Shown in pieces: positions 60,667-64,000 of a stretch of DNA of 64,000 bases. Within the stretch, counting starts at the first letter, position 1; each line of letters starts with the position of its first letter. The notes under the pieces were generated by a model. It was not told the DNA's origin. It saw only the letters and a list, made by a program, of their open reading frames with translations, and did no database searches. This stretch comes from an uncultured bacterium (GTDB lineage: Bacteria; Actinomycetota; Coriobacteriia; Coriobacteriales; Coriobacteriaceae). Made by a program: the position numbers and the translations under genes. The DNA lies in the NCBI GenBank assembly GCA_905215725.1, contig CAJMRD010000001.1, positions 8,705 to 72,704 on the forward strand, written 5' to 3'.

Positions 60667-63600
60667 TTATTCGGAGCGCAGGGCTTCGACGGGGTCCTTC
60701 TTGGATGCGCTGCGGGCAGGCAGCAGGCCAGCGACAACCGTCAGCAGTACCGAAATTGCAATGAGCACCAGCGCATCCCGCACGGGCAGGCTCATCAGAT
60801 TGGGCACCTGTTTGGCAGCAAGCGCCCAGGCATTAACCGGAAAGCTCACGGCCATCACAACGACAATGGCAAACACACCGGCGATAAGGCCCTCGATAAA
60901 GGTCTCGGCATTGAATACGTTGGCCACGTTGCGCTTTGACGCGCCGATTGCGCGCAGAATGCCAATCTCCTTCTTGCGCTCCAGCACGCTGATGTAGGTG
61001 ATGATGCCGATCATGATGGAGCTCACCACCAGGCTGATACTCACGAATGCGATGAGCACCAAGCTGATGGTATTCACGATATCAGTCACCGAGCCCATGA
61101 TGATGCCCATGTAGTCGGTGTACGAGATTGCCTGCTCATCGTGGCCGGCGGCTTTGACCTGCTTGTTGTACGCATCGATATGGTCGAGCACGCGCTCCTT
61201 GGCCTCAAAGTCGCGCGGGAAAATCTTGACCGAGATGGGGTCTGCCTCGTCTGCATAGCCCAGCGTGGTCAGGTTGTTGTCGTAGGTGAGTTTCGACGCC
61301 TTCGCATAGCTCATCATGAGCGAACTCAGATCCTCGGCGTCCATGTTGAAGTGAATGGCATTGGCAAAGACGCTCGCATCCACGTGCATGGCGCTCGCCA
61401 GGCTGGCAAAACTCGACGACATCTGCGTCGCCATCTGTCCCATGAGCCCTGCCGCGCCTGCTTTAAGCTGGGACGATACCGTTGTCGCTATCTGGTCGCC
61501 GATTGTCTTGGTCACCTGGTCCATTGCCTGTTGCAGATACGGAGCCAGCTGCTTTTGCACATAGTCGGTCATCGCCTGCTGCAGGCGCTCGGCCAGGGCA
61601 TCGCCGCCGAGCGCTTTGAGCTGGGCCAGGATTTGCTGGGCTGCCGTATCACTCTCAAGATACGCCGAGAATGCGGCAGCAAGCTTTGACGCGTCCTTAA
61701 GATCATCGGGTGACAGCGCCCTAAACTGATCAGACTGCAAAAAGCTCTCAAACAGCTGGTTGGCTAGCGTTCCCACCTGCTGCATTTGCTCGGGCGTGAG
61801 TTCCAGGCCGTCAAAGATGCCCGAGAAATCTGGAGCCGGCGCTTTGGCCATGATGTCACCAAAGTCGATGTCCTTGCCAACGCCCGAAAGATCAATATCC
61901 AGGCCCGACAGATCGACGCCCGAAAGATCAATGCCGTCGCCGGCCGCACCCGAGAGCGCAGACGCATCAAACGAAAACGCACTCTTGAGCGCCGCCTCGT
62001 CCACACTGAACATGCTGCCCAGATCAACGCCTTGCTTGGCCTCGCCTTGCAGTTCGTCGAAGGTTTTGCCCGTAAAGACATCCGTCTCGGGGTGGGCAAG
62101 CTGCTCCTGCACAATCTGCGAATCGGCGGCGCGCTCCATAAGCTGGCGAGTCAGCGCATGCGTGTAGGCAATGCCCGGGGACAACGCGCTCGCGTTGGCG
62201 GTCTCGTTGGGTCGCACCACGCCCACAATGTGCACGTCGATACCGTCGGCAACCTTGGCGGCCATAAAGTCGGTGTCGCCAGACATATCGGTCCACATGC
62301 CGGTCTCTTCGTTTTTGCGATACGCATCGGCCGGCGGCAGCACCTTAAACGTCGTGGACAGTGCATCGTCGTAGGTAAAGTCGGTGCCGGTCTCGGGCGT
62401 TTCGACCCCACCGTCAGCCGTCATAGCGCTGTTTACCAGATCGTTGAGCTCATCGATATCCAACGCACCGATGCTATAGAGCGTGTAGTCGCCCACCGTG
62501 CCGCGGCTCGAAAGCACCATCACGGCTTCGTTAGCAGACGTAGGCCAATGCCCCGCCACGACGTCGTATTGGCTGTCGAGCAGGCTCTGGTCGTCAATCA
62601 TCTCGTTAAAGACCGAGGTTCCCATGGATTCCATGCTCACCGTTGCCGCCGAGCTCGCGCCTCCGCTCATGGCCTCGGTCATGGCGTTGGGCACCAGCCG
62701 GACAGGCTTCTCATCGCCCTTACCCGCACGATAGACAACCGGCGATACACCGTAGCCGTACTGAATGGCGTTGACCTCTTTATCGATGCCGTCGCCACCG
62801 GCATCGAGCCATGCCTTAAAGCTCGTCATGTCGTTGGACTTAACGCTCGCAAACATATCCTTTACGGCCGTGACCACGGGAATCTTATCGGTTCCCGGAG
62901 CCTTGCCGTCGGTGCCGTCGTCGGATAAATCCTCGCCGTTGGACGCCTCATCATCCACAGCCCCCTGTCCGCCCATCATGGACGACAGGTCGTAGTCCTG
63001 CTTGGAGATCGTAAGCGGGTAACTCGAGAGCGTATCCTCCTCGACCTTTTTGATGTAGTTGTTCACGCCATTGGAGAGCGCCAAGATCGCCGCGATACCG
63101 ATAATGCCAATCGACCCCGCAAAGGCAGTCATGGCCGTACGGCCCTTCTTGGTCATGAGGTTTCGGGCAGAAAGCCCCAGCGCCGTCACAAAGCTCATCG
63201 AGGTTTTGCGCGTAGGCTTGGCCTCGCGGCGCGTGGCCTTGGCAACATCGAAGGGGTCGGAATCGTCGGTGATCTTGCCGTCCGCCAGGTTGACGATGCG
63301 CGTGGCGTACTGGTACGCCAGCTCGGGATTGTGCGTGACCATAATAACCAGACGGTCGCGTGCCACGTCCTTGAGCAAATCCATGACCTGCACGGATGTC
63401 GTTGAGTCCAGGGCGCCTGTCGGCTCGTCTGCCAGCACAATCTCGGGATCATTAATCAGAGCGCGGGCAATGGCCACGCGCTGCATCTGCCCGCCCGAAA
63501 GCTGGCTCGGGCGCTTGTTAACGTGCTCGCCCAGGCCGACTTTCTCCAACGCCTCGCGTGCACGCTGGCGGCGCTCGGCATGCCCCACGCCCGTAAGCAC

Positions 63601-63924
63601 AAGCGCCAGCTCCACGTTTTCCAAAATGGTCTGATGCGGAATGAGGTTATAGCTCTGGAACACAAAGCCGATGCGGTTGTTGCGATAGGCATCCCAATCG
63701 CGATCGTGAAAGTCCTTGGTCGAGATGCCGTCGATCAGCAGGTCGCCGGAATCGAAATGATCGAGCCCACCGATAACGTTGAGCATCGTGGTTTTACCCG
63801 AGCCCGAGGGACCCAGAATGGCCACGAACTCGTTATCGCGAAAAGATAGGCTTACACTGTCGAGCGCCACCTGCGTAAACGACTGCGTAACGTACCTTTT
63901 GCAAATGCCTTTGAGCTCCAGCAT
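60667..63924 (-). CDS. fused MacB-type ABC transporter (N-terminal ATPase + FtsX permease with a very large extracytoplasmic domain)
   Basis: ATG 63924, 9 nt after GGAGAGG. Walker [36 protein letters not shown]1 lies near residue 265. About 650 aa of soluble sequence follow, including [25 protein letters not shown] repeats. Three C-terminal FtsX TM helices complete the protein. Confidence 0.85.
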   Translation of the reverse strand: MLELKGICKRYVTQSFTQVALDSVSLSFRDNEFVAILGPSGSGKTTMLNVIGGLDHFDSGDLLIDGISTKDFHDRDWDAYRNNRIGFVFQSYNLIPHQTILENVELALVLTGVGHAERRQRAREALEKVGLGEHVNKRPSQLSGGQMQRVAIARALINDPEIVLADEPTGALDSTTSVQVMDLLKDVARDRLVIMVTHNPELAYQYATRIVNLADGKITDDSDPFDVAKATRREAKPTRKTSMSFVTALGLSARNLMTKKGRTAMTAFAGSIGIIGIAAILALSNGVNNYIKKVEEDTLSSYPLTISKQDYDLSSMMGGQGAVDDEASNGEDLSDDGTDGKAPGTDKIPVVTAVKDMFASVKSNDMTSFKAWLDAGGDGIDKEVNAIQYGYGVSPVVYRAGKGDEKPVRLVPNAMTEAMSGGASSAATVSMESMGTSVFNEMIDDQSLLDSQYDVVAGHWPTSANEAVMVLSSRGTVGDYTLYSIGALDIDELNDLVNSAMTADGGVETPETGTDFTYDDALSTTFKVLPPADAYRKNEETGMWTDMSGDTDFMAAKVADGIDVHIVGVVRPNETANASALSPGIAYTHALTRQLMERAADSQIVQEQLAHPETDVFTGKTFDELQGEAKQGVDLGSMFSVDEAALKSAFSFDASALSGAAGDGIDLSGVDLSGLDIDLSGVGKDIDFGDIMAKAPAPDFSGIFDGLELTPEQMQQVGTLANQLFESFLQSDQFRALSPDDLKDASKLAAAFSAYLESDTAAQQILAQLKALGGDALAERLQQAMTDYVQKQLAPYLQQAMDQVTKTIGDQIATTVSSQLKAGAAGLMGQMATQMSSSFASLASAMHVDASVFANAIHFNMDAEDLSSLMMSYAKASKLTYDNNLTTLGYADEADPISVKIFPRDFEAKERVLDHIDAYNKQVKAAGHDEQAISYTDYMGIIMGSVTDIVNTISLVLIAFVSISLVVSSIMIGIITYISVLERKKEIGILRAIGASKRNVANVFNAETFIEGLIAGVFAIVVVMAVSFPVNAWALAAKQVPNLMSLPVRDALVLIAISVLLTVVAGLLPARSASKKDPVEALRSE

Positions 63925-64000
63925 GGACGGCAACCTCTCCCACGCGGGCGCACTTGCCCGCTCTCCCCCGCCGTTCGTATTCGACGCGTTTGTCCTACTC

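Overview
High-GC (about 60% by eye) chromosomal segment from a Gram-positive bacterium. The gene content includes a bile-salt-hydrolase-type Ntn hydrolase, several LysR/EamA pairs, anaerobe-type flavoproteins and c-di-GMP enzymes. This suggests a gut Actinomycetota, possibly Coriobacteriia/Collinsella-like, but that is inference only. I can support about 60 protein genes, one TPP riboswitch with its terminator, and a set of terminators and operator-like palindromes. I saw no rRNA, tRNA or CRISPR array. Most of the window is housekeeping, transport and regulation: Kup, NCS2 permease, the thiM-ykoF-thiE operon, ung, prfC, rsmJ, rlmA, trmL, trmO, dus, mscL, ClC and a K+ channel. The less ordinary parts are: (1) At 24.7-31.8 kb there is a module delimited by conserved hairpins. 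It holds two paralogous AAA+/winged-helix ATPases, a UvrA-like protein that lacks the UvrB-binding domain, and a TetM-like GTPase. A 3 x 10-bp tandem repeat sits in one of its promoters. (2) At 58.4-59.7 kb a ~1-kb low-GC islet is bracketed by ~110-bp direct repeats. It carries an orphan ribbon-helix-helix gene, a MITE-like element with 42-bp inverted repeats and a perfect 25-bp palindrome. (3) Three families of short intergenic repeats recur in the window. One is a 27-bp-periodic nested palindrome built on GACTAGTC and shows a compensatory change between its arms. (4) A BvgS-like hybrid sensor kinase is split by a frameshift at an A5 run. (5) Two c-di-GMP genes are tandem paralogs separated by mutually exclusive hairpins. 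(6) Several proteins have unusual architectures: XRE-HTH fused to an AlaA-type aminotransferase, a deformylase-like protein with HEXXH changed to HMXXH, XRE + Zn-ribbon + TipAS, TrmL with a ~45-aa insertion, and MscL with a Cys4 tail. All coordinates of small elements were counted by hand and may be off by 1-2 nt. All family calls come from motif recognition, not from searches.
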